Assembly: GCF_001194135.2 (NCBI RefSeq)
Contig: NC_068989.1
Span: forward strand, 19,478,286-19,542,285
Length of the DNA stretch: 64,000 nucleotides
Reading direction: 5' to 3'
Origin: Octopus bimaculoides
Lineage: Eukaryota
In this document: in pieces, positions 48,751 through 62,390 of the stretch
Layout of the letters: every line of letters starts with the position of its first letter
How positions within the stretch are numbered: position 1 is the stretch's first letter
Program-made: the position numbers and the translations under genes
The notes under the pieces: model-generated
Seen by the model: only the letters and a program-made list of their open reading frames with translations
What the model was told of the DNA's origin: nothing
Databases searched by the model: none

Positions 48751-49149
48751 TGTATATATNNNNNNNNNNNNNNNNNNNNNNNNNNNNNNNNNNNNNNNNN
48801 NNNNNNNNNNNNNNNNNNNNNNNNNNNNNNNNNNNNNNNNNNNNNNNNNNNNNNNNNNNNNNNNNNNNNNNNNNNNNNNNNNNNNNNNNNNNNNNNNNNN
48901 NNNNNNNNNNNNNNNNNNNNNNNNNNNNNNNNNNNNNNNNNNNNNNNNNNNNNNNNNNNNNNNNNNNNNNNNNNNNNNNNNNNNNNNNNNNNNNNNNNNN
49001 NNNNNNNNNNNNNNNNNNNNNNNNNNNNNNNNNATTTCACAAAGTTATTCAACCTACAGAAGAGTAAAAAACATCTGTGTAAATTCGTATAAAAATAAAC
49101 TGTTGAGGTAATTCAGCTTTCACAACTACAAAAGAATATTTGTTATGTT

Positions 49150-49515
49150 CTTTTATTTGTTTTAGTCATTTGAGTGCAGCCATGCTGGAGCACTGCCTTT
49201 AGTTGAACAAATCGACCCCAGGACTTATTCTTTGTAAGCCTGGTACTTATTCTATCGGTCTCTTTTGCTGAACTGCTAAGTTACGGGCACGTAAACACTC
49301 CAACATCGGTTGTCAAGCAATGGTGGGGGGTACAAACACAGAAACACACACACACATATATATATGACAGGCTTCTTTCAGTTTCCATTTACCAATCCAC
49401 TCACAAGGCTTTGGTTGGCCTGAGGCTATAGTAGAAAACAAGGCGCCAAGCAATGGGACTGAACCTGAAACCATGTGGTTGGTAAGCAAGCTGATTACCA
49501 CACAGCCACTCTTGT
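49150..49515 (-). mobile_element. SINE family A, full length
   Basis: Complete reverse copy. Confidence 0.9.
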
Positions 49516-49522
49516 GCCTATA

Positions 49523-49556
<34 letters not shown>

Positions 49557-50602
49557 CACACACATTATGTATGTGCATGCGTGTATACATATACACATAT
49601 AATATATATATAATCATTATTCTAGTTTGAACACATGTTTTCCATGCTTGCCTGGGCCAAGTGGGGAATTAATTGTGGCAGATTTTCTATGCTCATATGC
49701 CATTCCTGTCACCAATGCTCACCTGTTTCAAAGAAAGGTAACGCTTCTCCGTGGTTGAACATGTTTTTGTGGAAGACTGGAAATAAAAGACAAAATTTGT
49801 ATGATGGTGATGCTTATTTACAACTATATTACAATATTTACACTATCTTGTGATCCAGTTTCCATCTACCAAATCCACTTGCAAAGGTTTGGTTAGCCTG
49901 AAGCAATAGTAGAAGATATTTGCCTAAGATACCTTGCAGGAAGACTGAACCTAGAACTATATGATTGGGAAGCGAATATCTTAACCACACAAGCAGTGCC
50001 AAATTATTCAAGTTCATCTGTTTCTTCAGATCAGCCTGAATAAAATATTACACTCTATTAGTATTGAGTACTTTCTATCCTATTTATTAAAACTAATGCG
50101 CGTGTGTATGTAAATGTGTTTCATCTTGCTACCTGCCAAATTGTTGGTATAGAGTCAAATCACCAGTTAACTGACAAATCCATTCTATTAACATACCTAG
50201 GGTTTCAGAATAGGATTTTGATTGTAATTTACACTATATATATATATATATATTATCCCAATTTCTATTGCTATATAGTATATTTTAATAATTACTGATA
50301 TTTTATTGTTATGTCTCAACGCTACTGCTATCTAGCACCTTCGGATGATCTCTACTCAACCCACCTACCATGGCCAGACTACCTCTATTTATATGTCTTG
50401 GGAGATTCTACTTCTTCGCCTGGGGGCGTCAACACAACATTTATATTTTATATATTATATATTATATATGCAAAGCATAATATGTCATACATGTATGTAT
50501 ATTGTTATAATTGTCCTTTTAATAAATAAATAAATTGACATAATATAATGTCTATAAGTTGATGAATACCACCTATTGCTCCCCTCCATTTTCTTACTGC
50601 TA

Positions 50603-50900
50603 TCATCATCATCATCATCATCGTTTAACGTCCGCTTTCCATGCTAGCATGGGTTGGACGATTTGACTGAGGGCTGGTGGACCAGGAGGCGACACCAGGC
50701 CCCAATCTGATTTGGCAGAGTTTCTACAGCTGGATGCCCTTCCTAACGCCAACCACTCCGAGAGTGTAGTGGGTGTTTTACGTGCCACCGGCACGAGGGC
50801 CAGTCAGGCGGAACTGGCGACGGCCACGCTCGAAATGGTGTGTTTTACATGCCACCTGCACAGGAGCCAGCCCATCGGCACTGGCAACGATCTCGCTTGA
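50603..50900 (-). mobile_element. RTE terminal unit and 3' UTR
   Basis: (CAT)n tail followed by the terminal unit. Confidence 0.9.
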
Positions 50901-52039
50901 AGATCGTTGCCAGTGCCGAGGGATTATCAATCTGGGTANNNNNNNNNNNNNNNNNNNNNNNNNNNNNNNNNNNNNNNNNNNNNNNNNNNNNNNNNNNNNN
51001 NNNNNNNNNNNNNNNNNNNNNNNNNNNNNNNNNNNNNNNNNNNNNNNNNNNNNNNNNNNNNNNNNNNNNNNNNNNNNNNNNNNNNNNNNNNNNNNNNNNN
51101 NNNNNNNNNNNNNNNNNNNNNNNNNNNNNNNNNNNNNNNNNNNNNNNNNNNNNNNNNNNNNNNNNNNNNNNNNNNNNNNNNNNNNNNNNNNNNNNNNNNN
51201 NNNNNNNNNNNNNNNNNNNNNNNNNNNNNNNNNNNNNNNNNNNNNNNNNNNNNNNNNNNNNNNNNNNNNNNNNNNNNNNNNNNNNNNNNNNNNNNNNNNN
51301 NNNNNNNNNNNNNNNNNNNNNNNNNNNNNNNNNNNNNNNNNNNNNNNNNNNNNNNNNNNNNNNNNNNNNNNNATATATATATATATAGCTTAAACCTCAT
51401 TCACAACCAAGGGTGATCATCTGATACCTTATACTCCACTTTCACTAATTGTTTTAGATACCTAAGTAACTAGAAGTAGACCTTTCATCCTTGACCAACC
51501 AGGACATTAAGGATGGGGCAGTTGAACAAGAGAAGGCTTCTCCAGCAGTTGGCTGATCCTCATTTTCAACTGTATAGGAATAAAGTGAAATAATGTGCCT
51601 TGTTCAAGAACAATGTTGCACCCAGTCCAGGAATTGAACCATAATCTTATGATCATGAACACACGCCCTAGCTATTAGGCCATGTGGCGTCACATTACAT
51701 ACACACACATATTCATTTATATAAATATGAATGTGCGTGTGTGTGTGTGTGTGTGTATCAAGTAGAGCAATAAAATATCAAATTCTACCTCGGTTATAGA
51801 AAGCTGAGAGAGTGCATGTCAGGTGAATTTGGCTACTGTTAGGACAACTTATTTGGTCTCATTAAGCTCTGCACACCCTAGAGCTCTAAGCTATAACAAA
51901 TGCCATATCTTAACTGATTTGATTTTTTTGTATAAATGTTATGGAGAACAGCTGTTGGTAACAAACTAGAACCACCATTCTGCAGAAAATACCCATGTTT
52001 TATTAAACATGGCCTCATAATATATATTTTGTTGCTCTT

Positions 52040-52432
52040 TTGCTTATTTCAGTCATTTGACTGTGGCCATGCTGGAGCACTGCCTTTAGTTAAGCAAATC
52101 TACACCAGGACTTATTCTTTGGAAGCCCAGTACTTATACTATCGGTTTCTTTTGCCGAACCGCTAAGTTACAGAGACGTAAACACACCACCATCAGTTGT
52201 CAAGTGATGTTGGGTGAACAAACACAGACATATAAACATATACACACACATACATATATATATTTACATATATATGTCGGGCTTCTTTCAGTTTCCGTCT
52301 ACCAAATCCACTCACAAAGCTTTAGTCGGCCCGAAGCTATAGTAGAAGACACTTGCCCAAAGTGCCATGTAGCGGGACTGAACCCAGAACCATGTGGTTG
52401 GTAAGCAAGCTACTTACCACACAGCCACTCCT
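52040..52432 (-). mobile_element. SINE family A, full length
   Basis: Complete reverse copy. Confidence 0.92.
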
Positions 52433-53816
52433 GTTGTTGACAAATTAATGAGGTATTATACTAGATTTGTTTCGTGTGTGAAGTTGAATTTTTGCCATAA
52501 TCAATCTTTGACCTTGTTGCATTTGGTAAATTACCTGTGATATACAAATATCAATTGAATTGAGTAATGGAATGAAATATGTAGCTTTCATTTCATGGTT
52601 ACAATTTATGGTATTATTTTGAGTCAACTATGTTACATTAGTCTTCTCTGATTTCCTCAGATCACATTAATGATACCAAGAGAAGGTTATCAAGATTATG
52701 AAACCTAGGGTAATTCAGAGTAGATCTTTATATTAACTTGCCTATAACTAAATGTCAAGGAGATGCATCTCATTATCTGCCAAGCAAGACATTGGTGGAT
52801 AAAGATGATACAAACACATACAAACATATGTTTGTGTATATCTGTATGTATATATGGTTAATTGCTAAGTCCATATTTGTGTTCCATACAATTAACTTCA
52901 ATACAGAAATATGTGTGTGTGATGTGTATGTGAATTTATATACATATGTGTACAAGTGAATATACGCGTATGCACAAATACATACACATACAATGTCATT
53001 TTCATCATTGATCTACATGAGAGTTATAAACTATGGCTCACTCATTCAATGATGAAAATCAATAATATACCAGAGTAATCAACAGTATTTCCTTGTAGAT
53101 TATCTCCAGTATTGGATTAATAAAGTTGGAATCAGAATAGGAGATTGTCTTGTCTGATTACAACAATGAAACTCTGGGGTATATCATACTTGCCGACAAA
53201 GGCTCTTTCATAAGTAGCACAGGAAAAGCACATATGCTATTATTGTCTCACATTTCTGGCTTTACATTCAGGTTTCAGAAGTATCTAAAACTCAAGTATA
53301 ATGAGCTGTACATAAACTTCTTGGAAGGCTCATGTACAGCTCATTACTGTATATTATTTTTCTGCTTGAGATGACACACTCCTTTTGATTATAAGTATAT
53401 TACAACCTACTGGATGTTCAGTAGGTCAGAAATACATTTGCTGCTGTAGCTGTTTCCTTTTTATTTTTCCTTTTTGCATTAGATACATACCATTCAAGGG
53501 GCTTTATAACCTTATGATTAAATATTCATCCATAATTCTGTAAGTTCCATATCAACTTCTTCCAACTCACTTATTGTTTGAGATTAACTTCATATGTTCA
53601 TTGTTTAGACAAAACTTAAAATTCGTTGACATCAACTAACTACACAAGCAATGTTAAAATTGTCTTACAGTCTTCTACAGCAACAAATAGTTGTGTCAAT
53701 GAGATAGTCTTCATCCTCACAACCACAAAGTAAGTCATAATCTACATTTTCACACTGTAAGAATTATTGTTATCATCACCATCACAATTGTCACCTTCAA
53801 TATTTTATGTCTAAAA

Positions 53817-54028
53817 ATGAATGAAATGAGAAATATGAAAAGTTTCTAACAATGCAGAAAGTTTACCATTATATTTCTGGTGCAAAGACCTATCTTCAGA
53901 AGAATACAGTCAAGAACAAACGTTCATTTGACTGTGTTCTTCTGAAGATGGGCTTTGTGCTCAAAATATAAAGGATTTTAAAACTTTCTGTATTGTAAGA
54001 AACTTTCCTTTTCTCTCATTTCACTCAT
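53817..54028. mobile_element. 212-bp palindrome with decayed hammerhead motifs in both arms
   Basis: Arms 53817-53913 and 53928-54028; CTGAAGA at 53942-53948 (+) and at 53893-53899 (-). Confidence 0.75.
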
Positions 54029-57000
54029 GTTTCTACGTCTATACTGCAATGCTTCAAGTGAGCTACAACACTCTTATTTTTATGTCTGCTTTTACCATGT
54101 TGGTATGGATTGGATAAGATTTAGTTGAGGCCATATTTTATGAGTGTATATCTTTGCTGTCACCAATCCTTACTTGTTCTCAAGTAAGGTATTGGCCTTT
54201 TATACAACAAACTATGCAATGGCCGGATATGTTTTCATGGTAGTTGTAAAAATTGACACCGCCTAAATGGTGACAGTGCCTTATACTTCAAGTGTGTAAA
54301 CAATATCAAGATATAGATGGGAACACACATATATACATGCATGCACCTACACATACGTATATATATACACGCATGCATACACACATGCATATAAAGCTAC
54401 ACATACACATGAGCCAAGCTTCCATGCAGTTTCTATCAATCAATTTCACTCACAAGGTATCTGTCAGCTGAGGCTACAATAGAAGACACTTGTCCCCAGA
54501 GCCATGCAGCAGGAAGGAATCCTAATCATGCTATTGTATCCGCATCTATGAAAAGTAATTCAAAATACAATATATTTCACCTCAATTTACATAATCATTA
54601 CATGAAAATATATTGGAAGTTAACGCAAATTTGACTGCTCATAATAGTATTGGCAAATCAGTTCTAGGCTGGCTCTACTAGAACAGACCTATGATCGAAG
54701 GCATTCAAGCTGCAACCGTTCCATCTTTCATTCAATCATAATTCACCTAGGACCACATTATCTCAAGATAATAGGATATGAATTGATGGAAATTTGGCAG
54801 TTATTTTTAACAGACTGAATGACTGCATAGAGGTTCTCTCATTGGCACATAATATCAATTTATAACAATGGTACAAGGTCTCAAATTTAGGGGATGGGTA
54901 TAGTTGATTAGACCACACTCAGTACTTGACTGGTACTTATTTTATTAACCCTGGCAAAGATGATCCTAGCAAGACATAAATAAATAAAAAAATTAGATAA
55001 AATCTGTTCCAAGCCTACAGCTGGCTCATTAGGCTAGGCCTTAGGTTACTGAGAATACAAGGAATCCCCACTGAATGGGATGCCAGTCCATTGCAAGCTT
55101 AACTGCCAGCTATTGCTGCTGGTACTCTTTTGCAGTTGAGTGGACTGGAGCAATGTGAAATGAAGTGCCTTGCTTAAGGACAAAATTTGCTTCCAAATTT
55201 AGGTACTGAATCTTACAATCAAAACTCAACACCCAAACCACTAGGCATAAATAGTCACAACTAAATACTGAAAGGCATTTTCTTTGACACTCTGCTGTTT
55301 CTGTTAGTCCACTGGCCTCATTGGCACATAATATTGGCAAATAAATAATTTTGGTCATATATAAGTGATAACTACATTATTACTTGTATATAGGATCAGG
55401 TTATTAAATAGGAATCAAATAATTCATAAATAAAACTGGTTTCAGCCATTTCATATTCAATTTTCCATACATGCAAGTTGAATGGGTTGAAAATTCACAT
55501 GAAATGCTGAAGCATTTACTTTTGAATAATTGATTGATATTTGGTTGGGAGGAAATATTATGTTCCCTGGCTCACCAACTACACTGTTATTTTTTATGAT
55601 ATCTTTGAGCATAGCAGTTAAATCAACCTTTCCCGATGTCATGAGATTTTACATTATTAACAGATGTACTTCAAGACTTCAGAGGAAACAACATTGACAG
55701 CAAAGATAAACACTTAATCATCCATCAAGAAAATATTTTTGTGTTGTTATCATTTCCATGAATGCATATTTATATGTGAGGTTCGAGTGACACTAAGGGT
55801 GTATGTACATTTTTATTCATTTTCTACTGCAATTAATAAACAAAAGGATCACTAGTCACAAGCTTCTAACAGGTCAATCACTGGTGCACTGCATATCTGA
55901 TGGTCAGAGTGACATGGGAACATCTGTAACTTATGACAACAAAAATCTCAAAGGACTTTGTTTGAAAAGCACTATTTTCCCAGTGTTCTCACTCATGCTT
56001 ACATATATACATAAATATATATCAAGATCTTCTGCACAGCTTCTGTTTACCAAATTCCATTCACAAGACTTTGGTCAATCCAAGACTAAAGCAGAAAACA
56101 CTTGCTCAAGTCACCACACAGTTGGGCTGAACCAAGAACTACTTCGTTACAAAATAAAATTCTTAACCATACAACCATAAATGCACTTTGCAAGGGAGTT
56201 TTGTTAGAAATTCCACCAGTCTGCCAACTTGCTTTAAATACAACTCCTCTATGTACCAGCTTCTCTAGCTTCAATGTGTGAAGTAGAGTAATAAGTAACA
56301 CATATTTCATTTAGGTTTGCTAAAGCAAGTAGCCCAGTGTGTGTTGTCCAATGCCACAATGCAAAACAAGGTGCTAGCATTTGAACTAATTAAAGCTTCA
56401 GGTGACAAACCTAACTCAATTTTTGCAACTCAGTCACAGTATCACTGATGAGTGTCTTTGGTTTGTATGCTTCAACAGTTCTACTTGCTTTATAGTCTGT
56501 ACTTAGAACAGTTAAATTATTACTGTGACATATATCAGAAATGATAAATAGACATATGACTAGTGTATAGAATTGATATATATTAAATCTATCCAATAAG
56601 AAAACTCAATTAACGATTCAGGTTTTGATTACTTGAAGTGTATGTATGCATATATGTGTGTATACATCACTTTATGGATAAGTGAAGTAATAGACAGTAA
56701 CTATGGTATAAATATTGGAACGATATACTATATTATAAAATGCTTTCATAGATTACAGTTCTGTTCGTCCTCAACATTAAATATACATTTTTCATAAGGA
56801 AATGTTTACTTTATAATTTACTTAAATCTGTAGAATTATAGCCTTTCTGTTATAGACACGTAGAGGTAGAAGTTTAGCTAACATAACCAAATAATACAAA
56901 AATTACAGCAGGATTTTTAAAACTTTATCAAAAAAGTCTGAGAAACCCCACCTCCAAAATGTTGCTCTCTTTTGACCATTATCTGATTGACAAATAACTT

Positions 57001-57599
57001 CAATTTAATTTAATCAGATAACAGAACTTGGACCAAACATCTACCTAATTATGGAGAGCCTCAGGAACTAAGGAAGCTATGAACAATTTCCTTCCTTCTT
57101 GAATTAAAAAAGTAATAAATTAAATAAATACATAAATAATATAAACTATGTGTCACCAAAAATCACAAGTGTGACAATGTTTATATCTATCAAACATATT
57201 TTGGTAAATTCAAGTCACTCTATTTTCCTAAGTTTAATCTTCTACCTATACTGGATCTGAATTTACCCAGAATTTACATTACAATAACAACATTTTTCAA
57301 AGAATTCTTCAAAATTCGCTAACAAACACTTAAATTTTAAATAACAGTGATATATTTTTCAAACCGAAACTAATGGTATCGCTATTTCTTTTACCATGTT
57401 TCCCAGAACGAAAAGAAGATCAAATTCTGTTTTCAGTTAAAAATGTAGAACAATATTTTAACAGTAAAAATTTCAAAAGTCTTGTAAGAAGAAAATATTC
57501 TAGAACAGTGTTTTAAAATATAGTATACATTTCTCCCAAAAGGTGGTGTAATGAATAACATACACTTAGTAAAGTTCTACATAACAAAGAGGTGACAAG

Positions 57600-57800
57600 A
57601 GGTACTAAATGATACTGAGGTAATAGCATAGTATACGGGTAATATATGAGAAGTGACCCCTGCCATCACCACCAATAGAAGTACCATTGGTTACTCAGTG
57701 GTACATAAGAAAAATACCATACCATTAAATTTCAAATTTCAGAAACTGGTGAAATTTCCAAGTATCTGTGGGAAAACAAGGGAGATTACAAAGTGACAGA
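57600..57800 (+). mobile_element. Probable Penelope-like GIY-YIG endonuclease relic
   Basis: NSIVY (IVY at 57628-57636), Y-I-G with a 1-nt insertion (57682-57691), and ETGEISKYLWENK (57742-57780), resembling PLE TxLSKYIWELK; many stops. Confidence 0.45.
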
Positions 57801-58118
57801 TTTTGAATATTTCTATTGCAATGTGACTCACTAAAAAACTCAGTGAATTTATGAATTATGAAACTGAATTTTATGATGCTTCAGTATGGCCACAACCAAA
57901 TGGCTGGAACTAACAAGAACATAAAAATAATATTGTCTCCTACAGTGTTGTGCAATTTGTTATTCTGTTTAACAGAGAAGAAGAGATGTAAGGAATGATT
58001 TAAAGAACAAAGTGAATTTTGGCTAAACTATTTTTGGAACCACTGTTTTAGAACATTGAGAGTTGGTGGGGTGGGTGTTAAAAATTATTAGATTCATACA
58101 AAATATATTTGAATAAAA

Positions 58119-58267
58119 TTAATTACGACATTCATGTTCACATGATTTTTCATTGAAAAACATGGTGCCCTTTTCTTCTAAAAATTTTCTGATCTCTTCT
58201 CGAAATTTGTCTATATCGATTTCTGGAAAGAAGAATTGAATTTCCGTATTTGCTGTTTCTTCAGAAT
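58119..58267 (-). CDS. NME6: Nucleoside diphosphate kinase 6, last coding exon
   Basis: Long polypyrimidine tract with CTAATTCAG acceptor; encodes (D)SEETANTEIQFFFPEIDIDKFREE...SCEHECRN*; phase matches the 61093 donor. Confidence 0.85.
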
Positions 58268-59111
58268 CTGAATTAGAGAAAGGAAGAGAGAAAACAAAAA
58301 AATCTTTCAGCTTTTGAAACAATATAAGTATCATAAAAATATACTATAATATATAGACATTAATATATATAGACTTTGATTCTTACACTGGTTTCAGTCA
58401 CTGGACTCGGACCATACTGGAATGGTTTTGCTGATTATATCAACCACAGTACCTGGTACTTATTTTAAATTGTGAAAGAAAGAAAGCTGAAGCCAACTTG
58501 GGTATAAAATGACACAATAAAGTATTGGTTTCAGCTTTTGGTACAAGGCCAGGAATTACAGGGAAGAGTAAAGTCAATTACATTGAATCCAGCATGAAAA
58601 GTTGACCTCAGTGGAATTTGAATTCAGAATGTAAAGATGAACAAAATGCTGCTAAGCATTTTACCTGGCGTGCTAATAATTCTGCCAGCTTACCACCTTA
58701 GACACAACTAAATATCACAAACTGCTTTGTTTGATGTTTTATTTTGTGTGTGGTATGATTTTTTTAAAAAGCCACCACAATGCAAAGATCTTACAACAAC
58801 ACCATTCATAGGGTGTACATCTGCATTAAAGAGCATATTCATAGAAACGCCTCCATTGGCAAAATATATCACAAGATATGTCAAAAGAAGATCACAGTTA
58901 TTAAAGCTGCAGAACAAAATATAGGAAATTTGAGGATTAGAAAAGCTATCCTAATTAATAAAACTTAATCCAACTATTAACAGCGATTGATCTAATATAC
59001 ACTGACAGGTTGGTTTAGAACAGATAGTCAACATATGCTACAGCTCTGCCACAAATTTAGCATTTGTAAAAGTAACTGATTAGTTAATAATTTTTAATCT
59101 TGACCTGTGTT

Positions 59112-59144
<33 letters not shown>

Positions 59145-59162
59145 ATATATATACATACACAT

Positions 59163-59265
<103 letters not shown>

Positions 59266-59451
59266 TATATACATACATATACGTACATACTTACATCTAT
59301 ACATATACATATATGCATATGTGGACACAGGACATCATGAAACATGTACAAAAAAAAATACGAAGTACGAGTACATGGAACATGAACTATTCTTTTCAAC
59401 AATGAAAGACACAAATGGAAAACACACATATATATACATATATATACACAT

Positions 59452-59484
<33 letters not shown>

Positions 59485-59526
59485 TCTATATAAATACATA
59501 TATACACACACACATATATACATATA

Positions 59527-60840
59527 CATGGCTTACTTGCATTTGATGAGGCTGCAAGGAGAGAGACTTGGAGACGCTACTATGAAAGGCTGCTATATGA
59601 AGAGAATGAATGGGAGAAAGAGAGTCTGCCAAATGTCGACCCAACAGAGGGACCAGCTATCTGAATTGATAGTACCTTCATAGATAAAGCAATTAAGGGT
59701 ACGAAAACAAGGAAAGCCCCCGGCCCATCAGGAATCACCACACAGATGCTTAAAATATCCAGCAATGTCAGCCATAGTCTAGTCACCCGTATAGCCAATC
59801 AGGTGACAGATGATGTAGTCATACCCAATGACTAGTGTAGCAGCACCATAGTCAACTGCTACAAAGGTCAGGATGATGCATTAGATACAAATAATTACAG
59901 AGGTATCAAGTTGGATCAGGTAATGAAAGTCACAGAGAGGGTCATAGACCAACTAATTAGGGAGAGAGTCAGTTTAGACGAGATACAATTTGGGTTTGTG
60001 CCAGGGAAAAACACCACTGATGCTATATTTCTGGTAAGACAGCTGCAGGAGAAATACCTAGCCAAAGATAAACCTCTGTACCTAGCTTTCGTTGACATGG
60101 AGAAAGCCTTTGACAGGGTCCCCCGATCCCTTATCTGGTGGTCAATGAGGAAACTAGGGATAGATGAGTGGTTAGTGAGAGCTGTGCAAGCCATGTACAG
60201 GGACGCTGTCAGTAAGGTGAGGGTTGGCAACGAGTACAGTGAAGAATTCCAGGTAGAGGTAGGGGTCCACCAAGGTTCAGTCCTCAGCCCCCTCCTATTT
60301 ATCATAGTCCTCCAGGCAATAACACAGGAATTCAAGACAGGATTCCCCTGGGAGCTTCTCTATGCTGATGACCTTGCTCTAATACCTGAGTCACTATCAG
60401 AACTAGAGGAGAAGTTTCAGATGTGGAAGCAAGGATTAGAATTGAAGGGCCTTAGAGTCAATCTAGCAAAAACCAAAGTCTTAATAAGCAGGAAGGCAGA
60501 CAAACCACAAATCTCATCAGATAGATGGCCCTGCTTGATCTGTAAAGGTGTAGGTAGAAACTCCATAATATGTAGCCGGTGTAAGCTATGGACACATAAG
60601 AGGTGCAGCAGTATCAAAGGAAGGCTAACTAGCAAGATAGTTTTTGTGTGTGGCAAATGCTCAGGGGCAATAAACACTGAAAATGTGCAGAAAACAACCT
60701 TTGCCACACTCCATGGAGAAAAACTAGAAGTAGCTGATAGCTTCCGCTACCTAGGTGACCAAGTTTGTAGCAGGGGAGGGTGCACTGAAAGTGTAACTGC
60801 TAGAATAAGAATAGCCTGGGCAAAGTTTAGAGAGCTCTTC
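59527..60840 (+). mobile_element. RTE LINE RT fragment (truncated at both ends) in the NME6 intron
   Basis: 319-codon open stretch with QFGFVPG, DMEKAFDRVP, GVHQGSVLSPLLF and LLYADD, followed by a Cys-rich finger. Confidence 0.95.
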
Positions 60841-61092
60841 TCAAGGTTCATGGGTACTATTTCATTTTAAGAACTAGTTACAGCACTAAATCTATTCCAA
60901 CACATTAAATGATGCTTGTATGCTTGTTTTATTAACTTTTGCTGGGGTTAAAGAGAATGTAAACACTACTGGAGTTTGAATTCAGGTCATCGAGGTCAGT
61001 ACCTCACTTATTCAAGTAGATGTTTCAACAGTTATCATATAGTAATCAGTGAAAGATAGAGAAAAATTTCAAAAAAACTAAGGAAGATATAC

Positions 61093-61169
61093 CTGAACCA
61101 TGAGCACAATTCCTTGTATCGGTCAGTCCAAAACGCCCACGTATAGAAGTGGGTTCTTCAAAAACTGTC
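61093..61169 (-). CDS. NME6: Nucleoside diphosphate kinase 6, penultimate exon with catalytic His
   Basis: TTTTTAG acceptor and CAG|GTATAT donor; encodes (R)TVFEEPTSIRGRFGLTDTRNCAHGS, matching NME6 SIRGSFGLTDTRNTTHGSD. Upstream exons were not found in the window. Confidence 0.9.
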
Positions 61170-61764
61170 CTAAAAACAGAATTAATGGAAAATAACATCA
61201 AATAATGTAAATGGATAATAATTTTTAACATAGGTATATAACTACTAATAGAGAGGGGAGGACACTTTATAAATTAACCCCAGCTCTTGAGCGGTACCAT
61301 ATATGCTGGCATTTAAAACACATTTTTATTCTTAAATGTAACAAAAAATTGCTATGCACCTAATATGACATATTACAGGTAGGATACAGAGTACATGAGA
61401 GTATGATGAAACATATTAAATTTGCTTTTTACCACAAAATATACTTGCAAATAGGAGTGCATCTTAAGTGAGAATAAGTTTTATATAGCAGCAAATATAT
61501 TTATCAACAAAATGCAAAGTAGACTCTAGTGAGATTTGAACTTGGACATAAAAAGAATGTAACTAAATGCTGCAAGGTATCGTCTGAGAAGATATTGATT
61601 CTACTGGTCTCTACTCAGAATATTAAAACAAATTAAAAAGGTAAAATATAACCATTGTCAACATTTTATATTAATTTTATCATGTCAGCATGGATGATAT
61701 AGTCCCAAGTATTTAATGAAAAATATTCTAATGATGTAGATTACTGATAACCTTTTCTACTATT

Positions 61765-61945
61765 TGATACAAGGCCTGAAATTTTGGGGAAGGGGACTTG
61801 TTGATTACATTGGCTCCAGTGTTCAACCCTGAAAGGATGAAAGGCAAAGTAGACCTTGGTAGAGTTTGAACTCAGAATGTCAGGACTGATGAAATGCCAC
61901 TAAGCATCTTGCTCAACATGCTAATGATTCTGCCAGCTCACTGCC
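61765..61945 (-). mobile_element. SINE family B, diverged
   Basis: GAAAGGATGAAAGGCAAAGTAGACC...TTTGAACTCAGAA...GATTCTGCCAGCTCA. Confidence 0.8.
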
Positions 61946-62174
61946 TTTGCTAACTATAAATAACGACAAATATCTGTTCAGTCTTTATGTGACTATGACA
62001 ATACACAGTTGTGGTAAGGTACAAGAAGATATATTTTTTTTCTTTTCCTATCTGTTGGAGGGGGTAACCAGTGACAATGTAATTCCATCAAGGGGGTATC
62101 AAAATATATTCACATACAAAAGAATGTATAGCTAGACCGATGAAGATTACTTGTTAATATTTCTACATTAGAAG

Positions 62175-62390
62175 GCGCTAAGCTGGTAGAATCATTAGCA
62201 CGCAGGGCAAAATGTTTAGCGACATTTCATCCATCTTTATGCTCTGATGTTCAAATTCTGCTGTGGTTGACTTTGCCTTTCATTCTTTTGGGGTTGATAA
62301 AATAAGTATCAATTGAACACTGGGGTTGATGTAATCAACTTACACACTCCACCAAAGTTGCTGGCCTTGTACCAAAATCTGAAACCAATA
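62175..62390 (+). mobile_element. SINE family B, diverged
   Basis: AAGCTGGTAGAATCATTAGCACG...GGTTGACTTTGCCTTTCATTCTTTTGGGGTTGATAAA. Confidence 0.8.

Noticed and set aside
4221-52432. Minus-strand bias of SINE family A (8 of 10 near-complete copies)
   Set aside because: The sample is too small and spans two oppositely oriented genes.
55457-56596. Minus-strand ORFs (MTSGKVDL...; NNLTVLSTDYKASRTVEAYKPK...) as additional NME6 or other exons
   Set aside because: No recognisable homology, and the phase does not continue from the possible NME6 donor at 58127.
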